Part shown: positions 1-9,940 of the stretch, in pieces | How positions within the stretch are numbered: the stretch's first letter is position 1 | Layout: every line of letters starts with the position of its first letter | Notes under the pieces: model-generated | Database searches by the model: none | What the model saw: only the letters and a program-made list of their open reading frames with translations | Told to the model about the DNA's origin: nothing | Made by a program: the position numbers and the translations under genes | Assembly: GCA_964494285.1 (NCBI GenBank) | Contig: CAZBRY010000001.1 | Location: 4,405-36,715, forward strand | Direction: 5' to 3' | Length of the DNA stretch: 32,311 nt | Source of the DNA: an uncultured Lachnospiraceae bacterium | GTDB taxonomy: Bacteria > Bacillota > Clostridia > Lachnospirales > Lachnospiraceae

Positions 1-855
1 GGAAAAAGTGCGGTCTTTTTTTCGGCGACGCTTCTACCGATTCAGTATTATAGGGATCTGCTGAGCGGCGACCACGAGGATTATTCCGTCTATGCGCAGT
101 CAGTATTTGATGAGAGAAAGTGCGGCGTGTTTGTAGCCGGCGATGTCAGCAGTAAATATACGCGAAGGACGGAGCTGGAATATTATCATATCGCAGCCTA
201 CATCTACAAGGTGACGCGGCAGCTTACCGGAAATTACCTCGTGTTTTTCCCATCCCATGCGTTTTTGAATGAGGTGTATGAGGTATTCATGGAATTTTTT
301 GCAGAGGAATCGATAGAATGCATTGTACAGAAGAGCAATATGAGCGAGGAGGAACGGGAAACGTTTTTGATGCGCTTTGAGGGAAATACTGCTTGCGATT
401 TCGATGCGGTCATTCAGATGCCGATTGAGTTCGAACCGGAGCGTACGCTGATTGGTTTTTGCGTGATGGGAGGTATTTTCAGCGAGGGCATTGACCTGAA
501 GCATGACAGCTTGATCGGAACGCTGATCGTAGGGACGGGGCTGCCGATGGTCTGCAGTGAACGCGAGCTGCTGAGAGCCTGCTATGATGAGCAGACATGG
601 AACGGTTTTGATTACGCCTATCGCTTTCCGGGCATGAATAAGGTGCTGCAGGCCGCGGGTCGTGTCATTCGTACGGCAGAGGATATCGGCATTGTCGTGT
701 TGCTGGATGAGAGATTCCTCACTACGTCCTATAAAAAAATGTTCCCGCGTGAGTGGAAACATTTTAAAGCCTGCAGTCTGAAGAATATAGAAGATAAAGT
801 CTCTGATTTTTGGGAACTGCATGGGAAGTATACAGAAAGCTCCGATCAGCAATAA
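1..855 (+). CDS. DinG/Rad3-family ATP-dependent DNA helicase, C-terminal part (5' end lies upstream of the window)
   Basis: Frame 1 is open from base 1, with no stop before the listed ORF at 127, and ends at TAA 853-855. The translation has the C-terminal helicase region typical of DinG/XPD-like proteins: [45 protein letters not shown]. Confidence 0.8.
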   Translation, partial: GKSAVFFSATLLPIQYYRDLLSGDHEDYSVYAQSVFDERKCGVFVAGDVSSKYTRRTELEYYHIAAYIYKVTRQLTGNYLVFFPSHAFLNEVYEVFMEFFAEESIECIVQKSNMSEEERETFLMRFEGNTACDFDAVIQMPIEFEPERTLIGFCVMGGIFSEGIDLKHDSLIGTLIVGTGLPMVCSERELLRACYDEQTWNGFDYAYRFPGMNKVLQAAGRVIRTAEDIGIVVLLDERFLTTSYKKMFPREWKHFKACSLKNIEDKVSDFWELHGKYTESSDQQ

Positions 856-1721
856 TTGATCGCGGCTGCGCGGATGCGGGCGATTTCTTCCTTGTAAGGA
901 GGCACCTTGACATCAGGGTTCTGCACACTTTGAATATAAGGCGTTTCAAGAATTTTAGGAATGTCGAGAAAGTCAATATGATAGAGGATGCGGCAAAGCG
1001 CGTCGAAGCCGATCGTACCTTCCCCTAAATTAGCATGTCGATCCTTGGACGCCCTGCGTTCATTCTTGCTGTCGTTAATATGGAACACCGCAATCTGGTC
1101 TTTGCCAAGCAGTTTATCAAACTGCGTCATGACATTGTCAAAATCATGGATCAAATCGTAGCCTGCATCGTTTGTATGGCATGTGTCAAAGCAAACGCGC
1201 AGTTTATCATTGTATGTTACGCCGTCATAGATTCGTGCAAGTTCTTCAAAGTTTCTGCCGATCTCAGAACCCTTGCCCGACATTGTTTCAAGTGCGATGT
1301 TACAAGCCGTGTCTTTTGTCAGCACTTTGTTCAGTCCCTCGGTAATTTTGGCAATTCCGATGTCTGCGCCGGCATCTACATGGGAACCGGGATGCAGTAC
1401 CAGAACCTTGCTGTGCATCGCGGTGCTTCTTTCCAGCTCGATGGTCAAAAAATCCACCGCCAGCTCAAAGATTTCCGGCTTGATGCTGTTTGCCAGATTG
1501 ATGATATAGGGCGCGTGAATGATTAGATCTTCAATACCATGCTCTCTCATATAGTTCCAGCCGGACTCGATGTTTAAGTCTTCAATTGGCTTTCTGCGCG
1601 TATTTTGAGGCGCCCCTGTATAGACCATGAAGCAGTTTGCCCCATAGCTCGCCGCCTCTTTGGCAGATCCTAAAAACATTTCTTTGCCGCTCATTCCTAC
1701 GTGTGAGCCTAATTTTATCAT
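846..1721 (-). CDS. nfo: Deoxyribonuclease IV (endonuclease IV, AP endonuclease family 2)
   Basis: 291 aa with Nfo signature blocks: [66 protein letters not shown] lies upstream of the ATG. The 3' end overlaps the convergent helicase gene by 10 nt. Confidence 0.92.
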   Translation of the reverse strand: MIKLGSHVGMSGKEMFLGSAKEAASYGANCFMVYTGAPQNTRRKPIEDLNIESGWNYMREHGIEDLIIHAPYIINLANSIKPEIFELAVDFLTIELERSTAMHSKVLVLHPGSHVDAGADIGIAKITEGLNKVLTKDTACNIALETMSGKGSEIGRNFEELARIYDGVTYNDKLRVCFDTCHTNDAGYDLIHDFDNVMTQFDKLLGKDQIAVFHINDSKNERRASKDRHANLGEGTIGFDALCRILYHIDFLDIPKILETPYIQSVQNPDVKVPPYKEEIARIRAAAINYC

Positions 1722-1805
1722 AATGGAATCATCCTTTCGTTTTTGCCGTCACAAAACATTAAATCTGAAAAATAACAAAATAATCATACCTTATTCGGGT
1801 CCAAA

Positions 1806-1834
1806 TTGCAAAGGGGGGTATTTTCTGTTATACT
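1806..1834 (+). promoter_or_regulatory. Sigma-A type promoter candidate for the GH13 gene
   Basis: TTGCAA (1806-1811), 17 nt spacer, TATACT (1829-1834). It sits about 35 nt upstream of ATG 1869. Confidence 0.5.
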
Positions 1835-1868
1835 AAAAAGCAAGAAAGAGCAGGAAGGGTATAACAGT

Positions 1869-3179
1869 ATGTGGGCATACGAAAGTGTTTTTTATCAAAT
1901 CTATCCGTTGGGTTTTTGCGGTGCGCCTTATGAAAACAACGGTCTTGTCTCACATCGTATTTTGAAGGTAAATGACTGGATTGGTCATATTCAAAAGCTC
2001 GGTGCGAACGCTATTTATTTTTCGCCTATTTTCGAATCGGATACGCATGGGTACAATACGCGCGATTACACGAAGCTCGACTGTCGGCTTGGCACGAATG
2101 AGGATTTTAAGCTTGTGGCGGACAACCTTCACAAGGCGGGCATCAGGGTTGTTCTGGATGGCGTGTTTAATCATGTCGGAAGAGGTTTTTGGGCATTTCA
2201 AGACGTTCTTGAAAAGAAGAGGAAGTCGCCCTATCAGGATTGGTTTTATATTAACTTTGATGGAAATTCAAACTACAATGACGGTCTTTGGTATGAAGGC
2301 TGGGAAGGCAATTATGACCTTGTGAAGCTCAACCTGCACAATGAGGAAGTGATACAGCATTTATTTGGCGTAATCAAGGGCTGGATTGAGCAGTTTGGGA
2401 TCGATGGTCTGCGCCTTGATGTGGCGTATTGTCTGGATCGGGATTTCTTAAAAAGGCTGCGCCGTTACTGTGATAATTTAAAGGAGGAGTTTTTTCTTGT
2501 CGGAGAACTGCTGCATGGCGATTACAATCAATTTGTCAATGAAGAGATGTTGCATTCCGCGACGAATTATGAATGCTATAAAGGGCTGTATTCAAGCTTT
2601 AACAGCAGGAATCTGTTTGAGATTAACCACTCGCTGTTAAGGCAGTTTGGACCAGAAGGCTGGACGCTTTACAAGGGAAAGCATTTGCTTTCCTTTGTGG
2701 ATAACCACGATGTGACGAGAGTTGCCAGTATTTTGGAGAAACAGGCTCACTTGCCGCTTATTTACGCACTGGCCTATGGCATGCCGGGCATCCCTTGTGT
2801 TTATTATGGAAGCGAATGGGGGGCAAAGGCGGAAAAAAGCCAGGGGGATCCGGCGCTGCGCGCCTGCTTTGAAGAACCCGAATGGAATGGGCTGACCGGC
2901 TGCATCGCAATTCTTTCGGAGGTGAAAAAGCACAGCCGGGCACTCAACTATGGAAGCTTCCGTTCTGTGGTACTTACAAATCGGCAATGCATCTTTGAAC
3001 GTGCCTGTGAGGGAGAGCGTATCCTTGTTGCGATCAATGCGGACAGCGAGGAATATACGGCACATTTTGAGGCTGGCTGCGGGCGGGCCATTGATCTGCT
3101 GACGGGCGAGGCATTTGATTTTGGAGGAGGCACAAGGCTTCCTCCCTATTGCGCGATGTTTTTGCAAATGGAACGCTGA
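1869..3179 (+). CDS. Glycoside hydrolase family 13 (alpha-amylase family), cytoplasmic
   Basis: Start moved to ATG 1869 because GGAAGGG lies 9 nt upstream and the longer TTG-1806 ORF would swallow the promoter. GH13 regions I-IV are visible: VVLDGVFNHVG, GIDGLRLDVAYC, FLVGELLH, FVDNHD. No signal peptide. Confidence 0.88.
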   Translation: MWAYESVFYQIYPLGFCGAPYENNGLVSHRILKVNDWIGHIQKLGANAIYFSPIFESDTHGYNTRDYTKLDCRLGTNEDFKLVADNLHKAGIRVVLDGVFNHVGRGFWAFQDVLEKKRKSPYQDWFYINFDGNSNYNDGLWYEGWEGNYDLVKLNLHNEEVIQHLFGVIKGWIEQFGIDGLRLDVAYCLDRDFLKRLRRYCDNLKEEFFLVGELLHGDYNQFVNEEMLHSATNYECYKGLYSSFNSRNLFEINHSLLRQFGPEGWTLYKGKHLLSFVDNHDVTRVASILEKQAHLPLIYALAYGMPGIPCVYYGSEWGAKAEKSQGDPALRACFEEPEWNGLTGCIAILSEVKKHSRALNYGSFRSVVLTNRQCIFERACEGERILVAINADSEEYTAHFEAGCGRAIDLLTGEAFDFGGGTRLPPYCAMFLQMER

Positions 3180-3219
3180 TTTGTTATTTGTCGAAATTAG
3201 ATAAATTTTAGTTATTTCA

Positions 3220-3248
3220 TTGAACTTTTTATGAAATTATATTATACT
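3220..3248 (+). promoter_or_regulatory. Sigma-A type promoter candidate for the chemoreceptor gene
   Basis: TTGAAC (3220-3225), 17 nt spacer, TATACT (3243-3248). This would give a 5' UTR of about 135 nt. Confidence 0.45.
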
Positions 3249-3388
3249 ATTTTTATTAGCGGAGTTTCTTTTGCAGAAATTCGGCATTTTAATCTACTAT
3301 AAAGACAGGTACAGGATTTCTCGCTGTGCAGAAAGGACATATGATGGGGAAAAGAGAAAAGAAAAAGGGCAATGAAGCGGAGGGCGTG

Positions 3389-5071
3389 ATGAAAAAGTCA
3401 TTTTTTCATTCCATAACCTTTAAGGTAATGATGCTTGTTGTTCTTAGCTTAGTGATTGCTGCCACTTCAGTTGTCGTGATTGTAGTAAGGCAGGCCAAGG
3501 AATCCTTGATGGAGCAGATTACATCTTCCATGCTTTATATGGTAAAGTCCGAGCGGACGCTTTTGGATAGTGAGACCAGAGGTGTTTCGGCGACGGTGCA
3601 GCAATATACCGCACTTTTGGCAGATGTAAAAGTGGAAGGAATGCCTACTTCTTACGCATATCTTGTTTCCAATGACGGGATCATGAAATATCATCCGACG
3701 ACTGAAAAGATTGGACAGCCTGTGGAAAACAGTGTGGTGATTGGTCTTGTGGCTGAACTTGCAAAGGGCAATACTCCGGAGGATAACGTGATTGTTTATG
3801 ACTATAACGGAGCGACAAAATATGCGGGATATGCCGTTACGAAAAATAAAAGTATTCTTGTGATCACGGCTGATGAAAAAGAGGCGATGGCGTCCATCAA
3901 CAGAATTACCAGAGTTGCAATTAGTGTCAATACGCTTATCATTTTGTTTTTTGCTACGATTGCCTATGTTCTGAGTGTGAAGATTATTAAGCCGATCAGT
4001 CAGCTGACGGATGTTATTACCGCAACGGCAGACTTTAACTTTAAAAGAAATGAAGCGGGGGATAAGCTTTGCGAACGAAAGGATGAGGCGGGCGAAATGG
4101 CTCGTGCAGTACGGTTCATGCGTGCAAATCTGCGCAGTATGGTAGGCAACATCGAGGAAGCGAGCGCAAAGATCAACTTGAACGTAAATCAGCTGCAGGA
4201 TGTGACTAATACGGTCAACAACATGTGCTCCGACAATTCTGCTACGACAGAAGAGCTTGCGGCAGGCATGCAGGAGACATCGGCCACGACGGAAAGCATC
4301 TATGCAAATATTGGCTATATGCAGACCGGTGCAAAGGATATTACACAATTGTCTGAAAACGGGGATTTGGCTTCCAATGAGGTTATGGAGCGTGCTGTGG
4401 CACTGCGCGATAAGACACTTGATGCTTCTAAACGTACTAAGGATACCTATGATTCCGTGAAAGTGCGGTCTGCGAATGCGATTGAGGGCTCCAAGGCGGT
4501 AGGTAAGATCAACGAGCTGACAGAATCCATTATGGCGATTTCTTCGCAGACGAGTCTGCTGGCATTAAATGCGAGTATTGAAGCTGCAAGAGCCGGTGAG
4601 GCGGGAAGAGGCTTTGCAGTTGTAGCTACCGAAATTGGCAATTTGGCGGAACAGACTTCCAAAGCGGTCGGCGATATTAATTCGATTGTTGGCGAGGTAA
4701 ACTCTGCAGTCGGCAATATGGCGGGTTGCCTTGAGGAGACGAGTTCGTTCCTTGAAAAGACCGTATTAAATGACTATGAAGAATTCACGGATGTGAGTGA
4801 GCAATATAATGCAGATGCGCAGAAGTTTAAGGAGAGTATGAAGGATGTGCATGAGTCCATCGTGAATCTGGCGGAATCCATTGCCAAAATTTCCGATGCA
4901 ATTTCAGGGATTAATTCTACAATTGAGGAATCGACACTCGGGGTTACGGATATCGCGGGCAAGACGTCTGATATGGTTTCCAGGACGAGTGAGACGAGTG
5001 AGCTTGTTGAGGAAAGTCTTTCCTGTGTCGAAACGCTCAAAGAGATTGTTTCTTCTTTTACATTGGAATAA
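3389..5071 (+). CDS. Methyl-accepting chemotaxis protein (TM - Cache-like sensor - TM - HAMP - MA signalling domain)
   Basis: Start set at ATG 3389 (MKKSFF) with GGAGGG upstream. There are two hydrophobic segments, an extracytoplasmic Cache-like stretch ([16 protein letters not shown]) and the invariant MCP hairpin tip [39 protein letters not shown]. Confidence 0.92.
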   Translation: MKKSFFHSITFKVMMLVVLSLVIAATSVVVIVVRQAKESLMEQITSSMLYMVKSERTLLDSETRGVSATVQQYTALLADVKVEGMPTSYAYLVSNDGIMKYHPTTEKIGQPVENSVVIGLVAELAKGNTPEDNVIVYDYNGATKYAGYAVTKNKSILVITADEKEAMASINRITRVAISVNTLIILFFATIAYVLSVKIIKPISQLTDVITATADFNFKRNEAGDKLCERKDEAGEMARAVRFMRANLRSMVGNIEEASAKINLNVNQLQDVTNTVNNMCSDNSATTEELAAGMQETSATTESIYANIGYMQTGAKDITQLSENGDLASNEVMERAVALRDKTLDASKRTKDTYDSVKVRSANAIEGSKAVGKINELTESIMAISSQTSLLALNASIEAARAGEAGRGFAVVATEIGNLAEQTSKAVGDINSIVGEVNSAVGNMAGCLEETSSFLEKTVLNDYEEFTDVSEQYNADAQKFKESMKDVHESIVNLAESIAKISDAISGINSTIEESTLGVTDIAGKTSDMVSRTSETSELVEESLSCVETLKEIVSSFTLE

Positions 5072-5134
5072 GAGCAAGCTTGATTTAGATAAGATCGGGA
5101 AAAGCGGCGTTGCTGCTTGCAGCCGGTGTGTAAA

Positions 5135-5179
5135 GTGTACAAGTTCCCTAATCTTGAGGAATTTGTACACTTTATTATT
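5135..5179 (+). terminator. 13-bp imperfect inverted repeat plus T-rich tail (terminator-like; could instead be an operator)
   Basis: GTGTACAAGTTCC (5135-5147) pairs with GGAATTTGTACAC (5158-5170) with one mismatch and a 10-nt loop. It is followed by TTTATTATT and lies directly upstream of the GGAGAG ribosome binding site of the next gene. Confidence 0.4.
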
Positions 5180-5188
5180 GGAGAGAGC

Positions 5189-6211
5189 ATGAAAAATAAA
5201 GGAATTCTAATCTGTTTGCTGGTAGCGGCGCTGTTGTCGGCAGCCTGCATTGCATTTTATCTGGATAAGACAAATCATGAAGAAGTATCGGAGCCTGCGG
5301 TAATGGAATTAAAAGGGGCATCGGATCTGGATCGGTCTTCGCATGAGCAGTCTGTGACGCCGATTACGGAGTTCTCGAAAGAATTGCCGCGGATTGTGTG
5401 CTGGGGTGATTCTTTGACAGAGAGTATCAATGGCAAGGCATATCCTGATTATTTACGGAGACTAACACAGACCGAGGTGGTCAATTATGGTGTAAGAGCT
5501 GAGACTTCCGGATCAGTGGGTATGCGGCAGGGAGCGGTACCAATTTTCGTAGGCGCCTGTGTGATTCCTGAAAATAAAGAGTCGGTGGCAGTAGAAGTGA
5601 CCGCACGAGACGGATACAGTCTTCAACTGCTTAAAAACGGAGATGCGGGTGTCAATCCTTGCTCTCTTGGTGATGTTGCAGGAACACTGAGTTATGCGCA
5701 GGAAGAGGATTGTTATTATTTTACTCGTGCCGAGGTGGGGGAAGCGGTTTCCATAGAGGCGGGCAGCAGGCTGATTACAGCGGGAATGGCAGGCGCACAG
5801 AAAGATGATGTAGTTGTTATTTTTACGGGTACGAATGACGGGCTTGACCCCTCTTCGATCTATGATATCATTGCGGTTCAAAAGGCCATGCTGGACTATG
5901 CAGATTGTAGAAAATATGTTATTATAGGGCTTACTTGTAAAAAAGTGATTCCAAAGATCGAAGAAGTAAATGAAATTCTTGCACAGGAATATGGGGAACA
6001 TTTTCTTGATATCAGGAGCTATCTGCTTTCGCACGGAATGACCGATGCCGGACTGCTTCCAACCGCACAGGATGAGGCCGATCTTGGCAGAGGAGAGATT
6101 CCGTCGAGTCTACGCAAGGATTTTGTGCATGGGAATGCTTATTTTTATGAAATACTGGCGCAACAGGTGTATCAGAAGCTGCAGCATCTCGGCTATGTTC
6201 CGAATCAATAG
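5189..6211 (+). CDS. SGNH/GDSL-family hydrolase, membrane-anchored or lipoprotein (paralog 1)
   Basis: Start at ATG 5189 (MKNKGILICLLVAALLSAAC) with GGAGAG upstream. SGNH blocks are present: CWGDSLTE (Ser nucleophile), IFTGTNDG (GxND) and DFVH (DxxH). Confidence 0.8.
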   Translation: MKNKGILICLLVAALLSAACIAFYLDKTNHEEVSEPAVMELKGASDLDRSSHEQSVTPITEFSKELPRIVCWGDSLTESINGKAYPDYLRRLTQTEVVNYGVRAETSGSVGMRQGAVPIFVGACVIPENKESVAVEVTARDGYSLQLLKNGDAGVNPCSLGDVAGTLSYAQEEDCYYFTRAEVGEAVSIEAGSRLITAGMAGAQKDDVVVIFTGTNDGLDPSSIYDIIAVQKAMLDYADCRKYVIIGLTCKKVIPKIEEVNEILAQEYGEHFLDIRSYLLSHGMTDAGLLPTAQDEADLGRGEIPSSLRKDFVHGNAYFYEILAQQVYQKLQHLGYVPNQ

Positions 6212-6244
6212 CATATAAGAAAATCGGTACCTAGGAGAAGAAAA

Positions 6245-7336
6245 GTGAGAAAACTACAGAAAGAAATTCTTTACTGGCTGCTTTTTTGCGGCTTGTCGTG
6301 CAGTATGTTGTCAGGTTGCGGACAGAATCGTCAGATCGATGTTTTTAAGGACGGGGACGCCGCAGCGGAGGAAACAATCGAGCAGGAAATCCCTGATGAA
6401 GAGAGCACGCAGGCGACCGGGGAAACGCAGGAAATAGAAATCGTGGTGGAAAAGGAAGTTTCGGCAGAGGAGGAGTTGTCCGGCGTGGGATCCGAAAGCA
6501 CGGAACTACCGCGCATTGTATGCTGGGGTGATTCTCTGACTGAAGGAACGGGCGGAGACGGGGTGACCTATCCGGACACGCTGGAAAAGCTCAGCGGAGT
6601 TGAAGTGCTGAATTATGGAGTTTATGCGGAGACGGCCAGCTGCATTGCTGCCCGTCAGGGCGGAAATTCAATGCATGCCAAGGAAGCCTTTACCATTCCG
6701 GCAGCATGCGAGCCGGTGGAGATCAAGCTTGAAAATATAAAGGATAATCCCGAAATGTTGCTTGTATTTGGTGCCGCCGGTATTAACCCGTGCAGCATCG
6801 GCGGTGTGGAAGGTACGCTTTCTATTGATTTAGAAACGGGGGCCCGTTATTTTACGAGGAGTACGGCTGGTGAGACAGTAACGGTGGAAAGCCGGTCGCC
6901 AATGTTTTTTCACGCGATGCTTGACAGGCGGGAGGACGATATTCTTGTGATTTTTTCAGGAACAAATGACCATCCGGACACAGAAAGTATTGAGGATGTC
7001 ATTGCCTGGCAGCGTGCGATGATTGATTATGCCGATGCGGAAAATTATGTGATCGTCGGCATGACACGGAAAAAATATATGCCGCAGATAGAAGAGATCA
7101 ACCGGATTCTTGGAAAAGAATATGGAACGCATTTTTTGGATGTGCGAACCTATCTGATGGAAAACGGTTTGCGAGACGCGGGATTGGCGGCTACAGAGCA
7201 GGATCAGACCGACCTAGAAAACGGGGAGATTCCGACAAGTCTTCGGTCGGATGATGACGGTCATGGAACAAGTGCGTTTTATCAGATCATCGGAGAGCAG
7301 CTTTATCAAAAAATACTGGAATTGGGATATTTATAA
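6245..7336 (+). CDS. SGNH/GDSL-family hydrolase lipoprotein (paralog 2)
   Basis: GTG start preceded by AGGAGAAG. Signal peptide with lipobox LSGC, then an acidic low-complexity linker. SGNH blocks are CWGDSLTEG, IFSGTNDH and DDGH. It is collinear with the upstream paralog over the whole catalytic domain. Confidence 0.82.
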   Translation: MRKLQKEILYWLLFCGLSCSMLSGCGQNRQIDVFKDGDAAAEETIEQEIPDEESTQATGETQEIEIVVEKEVSAEEELSGVGSESTELPRIVCWGDSLTEGTGGDGVTYPDTLEKLSGVEVLNYGVYAETASCIAARQGGNSMHAKEAFTIPAACEPVEIKLENIKDNPEMLLVFGAAGINPCSIGGVEGTLSIDLETGARYFTRSTAGETVTVESRSPMFFHAMLDRREDDILVIFSGTNDHPDTESIEDVIAWQRAMIDYADAENYVIVGMTRKKYMPQIEEINRILGKEYGTHFLDVRTYLMENGLRDAGLAATEQDQTDLENGEIPTSLRSDDDGHGTSAFYQIIGEQLYQKILELGYL

Positions 7337-7353
7337 AATAGTGGAGGGAATTT

Positions 7354-8265
7354 ATGATTTATACATTAACCTATAGTCCGTCTGTCGATTATCTTGTCTA
7401 TTTAGATGAGTTGGAGCCCGGAAAGCTGAATATGATGAAGCGGGATGCCATTTTTTATGGCGGGAAAGGCGTCAATGTGTCTCAAGTGTTGTGGGGACTG
7501 GGTATTGAGAATACGGCGCTTGGTTTTGTGGCGGGCTTTACAGGCCAAGAAATCGAAACGGGACTGAACAGGCTCGGATGCCGGACGGATTTTGTCCATT
7601 TAAAGGAAGGACATTCGAGGATTAATATTAAGGTAAAGGCCAGAGAGGAGAGCGAAATCAACGCGGTCGGCCCGCGCGTGGACGACGAAAGCCTCGAAAA
7701 GCTTTACGAGAAGTTGGGGAAAATTGAGCGGGATGATATGCTTGTACTCGCCGGGCGTACGCCAAAGGGTGTGCCGGAGGACATGTTTGCAAGACTGATT
7801 GAGAAGCTGCCATACAGGGAAACAAAAGTGATTGTTGATACGACAGGGCATATGCTTTTGAATATGCTGCCCTATCACCCGTTTTTGATCAAGCCCAATC
7901 ATATTGAAGTATCGGAGCTGTTTAACGAACAGTTTTCGCCGATGGACACGGATCGTTTGGTCTGGGCGGCTAATAAGCTGCAGGAAAAAGGTGCGCGCAA
8001 CGTCATGATTTCACTTGCAGCCGAGGGTGCGATGCTTGTCACAGAGGAAGGAAAGGTTTATATCAGAAAAGCGCCGAACGGTACTGCCGTCAATTCGGTG
8101 GGAGCCGGCGATAGCATGGTTGCGGGTTTTATTGCCGGTTATCTAGAGATGCACAACTATGAGGACGCATTTGTCATGGGACTTGCGGCCGGCAGTGCGA
8201 GCACATTTCAGGAGGGACTGGCAAAGGGAGATGAGATCAAGCAACTTTATCGGTTAATTCGTTAA
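7354..8265 (+). CDS. fruK: 1-phosphofructokinase-type PfkB-family hexose-phosphate kinase
   Basis: 303 aa. MIYTLTYSPSVDY, GGKGVNVS and C-terminal NSVGAGDSMVAGF are typical of FruK/LacC-type PfkB kinases. GGAGGG ribosome binding site. Substrate (fructose-1-P versus tagatose-6-P) cannot be told from sequence alone. Confidence 0.75.
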   Translation: MIYTLTYSPSVDYLVYLDELEPGKLNMMKRDAIFYGGKGVNVSQVLWGLGIENTALGFVAGFTGQEIETGLNRLGCRTDFVHLKEGHSRINIKVKAREESEINAVGPRVDDESLEKLYEKLGKIERDDMLVLAGRTPKGVPEDMFARLIEKLPYRETKVIVDTTGHMLLNMLPYHPFLIKPNHIEVSELFNEQFSPMDTDRLVWAANKLQEKGARNVMISLAAEGAMLVTEEGKVYIRKAPNGTAVNSVGAGDSMVAGFIAGYLEMHNYEDAFVMGLAAGSASTFQEGLAKGDEIKQLYRLIR

Positions 8266-8311
8266 TTGTTTGACAACACCATGTATTTGTGGTAAAAATA
8301 AAAGGGAATCA

Positions 8312-8350
8312 AAGGAGATGATACGGGTACCATTGTCTTCTTTTTTTCTT
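8312..8350 (+). terminator. Rho-independent terminator candidate after the kinase gene
   Basis: AAGGAGATGAT (8312-8322) pairs with ATTGTCTTCTT (8332-8342), including G-U pairs, around a 9-nt loop. A run of 7 T follows. Confidence 0.45.
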
Positions 8351-8403
8351 TATAGGGTGGAGTTTATTGTTTTGCGAAACTTTTAAAATCAGGAGGAAAA
8401 AAG

Positions 8404-9204
8404 ATGAGAAAATGGAACAAACTTGCTATTGCAGGCATGATGGCTGTGACGATGCTTGCATTGACCGCATGCGGCAGCAACACGAATGCGGCGGCTTCGG
8501 CATCAGGGGATGCGGATGCATCTGCATCGGGGGGAAAGGTATACAAGATCGCTACAGATACGACGTTTGCACCGTTCGAATTTGAAAACGACAACGGAGA
8601 GATGGTTGGTATCGACTTAGATCTTCTTGCTGCAATTGCTGAGGATCAGGGCTTTTCGTATGAGATTCAGTATGTCGGCTTCTCGGCGGCGATGACGGCG
8701 CTTGAGGCAGGCGAAGTGGAAGGTATGATCGCGGGTATGTCGATCACCGATGAGAGAAAAGAAAAATACGATTTTTCGGAGCCTTATTATGATTCGGGTG
8801 TCGGTATGGCAGTCCTTGCTGATTCCGACATCGATTCTTACGAGGATCTGGCAGGCTTACAGGTAGCAGCTAAGATCGGTACGGAGGGCTGTACATTTGC
8901 GGAATCCATTGCGGATCAGTATGGCTTTACGATCACACAGTTTGAGGATTCTTCCACAATGTATCAGGATGTGCTTGCGGGAACATCCGTGGCATGCTTT
9001 GATGATTATCCGGTACTTGGTTATGAGATTTCCAGAGGGGTCGGCTTAAAGCTTCCATTGGAAATGGAACACAGCAACTCTTATGGTTTTGCCGTGATGA
9101 AGGGTGAAAATCCGGAGCTGATCGAGAAGTTTAATGCCGGCCTTGCAAACATGAAGGAAAGCGGCAAATACGACGAGATTTTAAACACATACATTGCAAA
9201 GTAA
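8404..9204 (+). CDS. Polar amino-acid ABC transporter substrate-binding lipoprotein
   Basis: AGGAGG ribosome binding site and signal peptide with lipobox LTAC. The type 3 (family 3) binding-protein pattern is present: YKIATDTTFAPFEF, GIDLDLL, GMSITDERKEKYDFSEPYY. Confidence 0.88.
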   Translation: MRKWNKLAIAGMMAVTMLALTACGSNTNAAASASGDADASASGGKVYKIATDTTFAPFEFENDNGEMVGIDLDLLAAIAEDQGFSYEIQYVGFSAAMTALEAGEVEGMIAGMSITDERKEKYDFSEPYYDSGVGMAVLADSDIDSYEDLAGLQVAAKIGTEGCTFAESIADQYGFTITQFEDSSTMYQDVLAGTSVACFDDYPVLGYEISRGVGLKLPLEMEHSNSYGFAVMKGENPELIEKFNAGLANMKESGKYDEILNTYIAK

Positions 9205-9256
9205 TGTGTCTTTAGTGTAAAATAGAAACAAACAGAAGGATGTTGAGGTGGCTTGT

Positions 9257-9940
9257 ATGGCTTTTTTTGAAACATTGATCAATTACTTTCCGTCATTTGT
9301 GGATGCGCTCGTTATGACACTAAAGCTGGCGGTTTGTTCTCTTTTGATCGCGACAGTTTTGGGAATTATTTTTAGTCTTTTTACCGTGTCCAACATCAAG
9401 CCGTTACAGGCCATTTCAGCCGTTTATATTGACATTATCAGGGGAACGCCGCTTCTTGTACAGACCTTTATCATTTATTACGGTCTTGCAGGAGTACTTC
9501 GTCCGACCGGCTTTGCGTGGGCGAATATCGGTGGTCCGTTTACAGCCGGTACTGTTGCGCTGAGCTTGAATGCCGGCGCATATATGGCTGAGATTATCAG
9601 GGGCGGTATTGAGGCGGTTGACAAGGGGCAGGTAGAGGCTGCACGCAGCCTCGGGCTTTCTTACGGGAAGACGATGCGCAAGATCGTGCTCCCGCAGGCA
9701 TTCCTGACGATGCTTCCGTCCGTGATTAACCAGTTTATTATTACCTTGAAGGATACATCCCTGATTTCCATAATCGGGATCAGAGAGCTGACACAGAACG
9801 GCAAGATCATTGCCGCAAATTCCTCCACACTTGTCATGACGATATGGGTAGTTGTTGCGCTGTACTATTTGATTTTATGTACGATTCTTGCGAAGATTGC
9901 AAAAGTTGTGGAAAGGAAAATTTCTTATGGCAGACGTTAA
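9257..9940 (+). CDS. Amino-acid ABC transporter permease (His/Glu/Gln/Arg/opine family)
   Basis: Start at ATG 9257 with GAGGTG 6 nt upstream. Multiple TM segments and the EAA loop [22 protein letters not shown]. Confidence 0.88.
   Translation: MAFFETLINYFPSFVDALVMTLKLAVCSLLIATVLGIIFSLFTVSNIKPLQAISAVYIDIIRGTPLLVQTFIIYYGLAGVLRPTGFAWANIGGPFTAGTVALSLNAGAYMAEIIRGGIEAVDKGQVEAARSLGLSYGKTMRKIVLPQAFLTMLPSVINQFIITLKDTSLISIIGIRELTQNGKIIAANSSTLVMTIWVVVALYYLILCTILAKIAKVVERKISYGRR

Noticed and set aside
100-852. 250-aa ORF on the minus strand covering the first 850 nt
   Set aside because: It is antisense to an ORF with clear DinG-type helicase motifs. Its own translation has no recognisable motifs or ribosome binding site, so it is a shadow ORF.
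846-855. 10-nt overlap of the convergent helicase and nfo 3' ends
   Set aside because: Short convergent overlaps are common in compact genomes. No structure or extra signal was seen.
1806-1868. Longer N-terminal extensions offered by the ORF track (1806, 3326, 5117, 9248, 9888, 14794, 22028, 24733 minus, 25245 minus, 29282 minus)
   Set aside because: In each case an internal ATG or GTG has a properly spaced Shine-Dalgarno sequence and yields the N-terminus expected for the family (signal peptide, MFGYV and so on). The extension is unrelated basic sequence or would overlap a promoter or the upstream gene.
3467-4348. 293-aa minus-strand ORF inside the chemoreceptor gene
   Set aside because: It is antisense to the unmistakable MCP signalling domain. 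The translation is Arg/Cys/His-rich and low in information, typical of a shadow frame.
8266-8403. Possible riboswitch or T-box leader upstream of the amino-acid ABC importer
   Set aside because: The gap is only 138 nt. It is explained by a terminator-like hairpin plus a TTGACA/extended -10-like element. No T-box specifier/antiterminator layout or known riboswitch core was recognisable.
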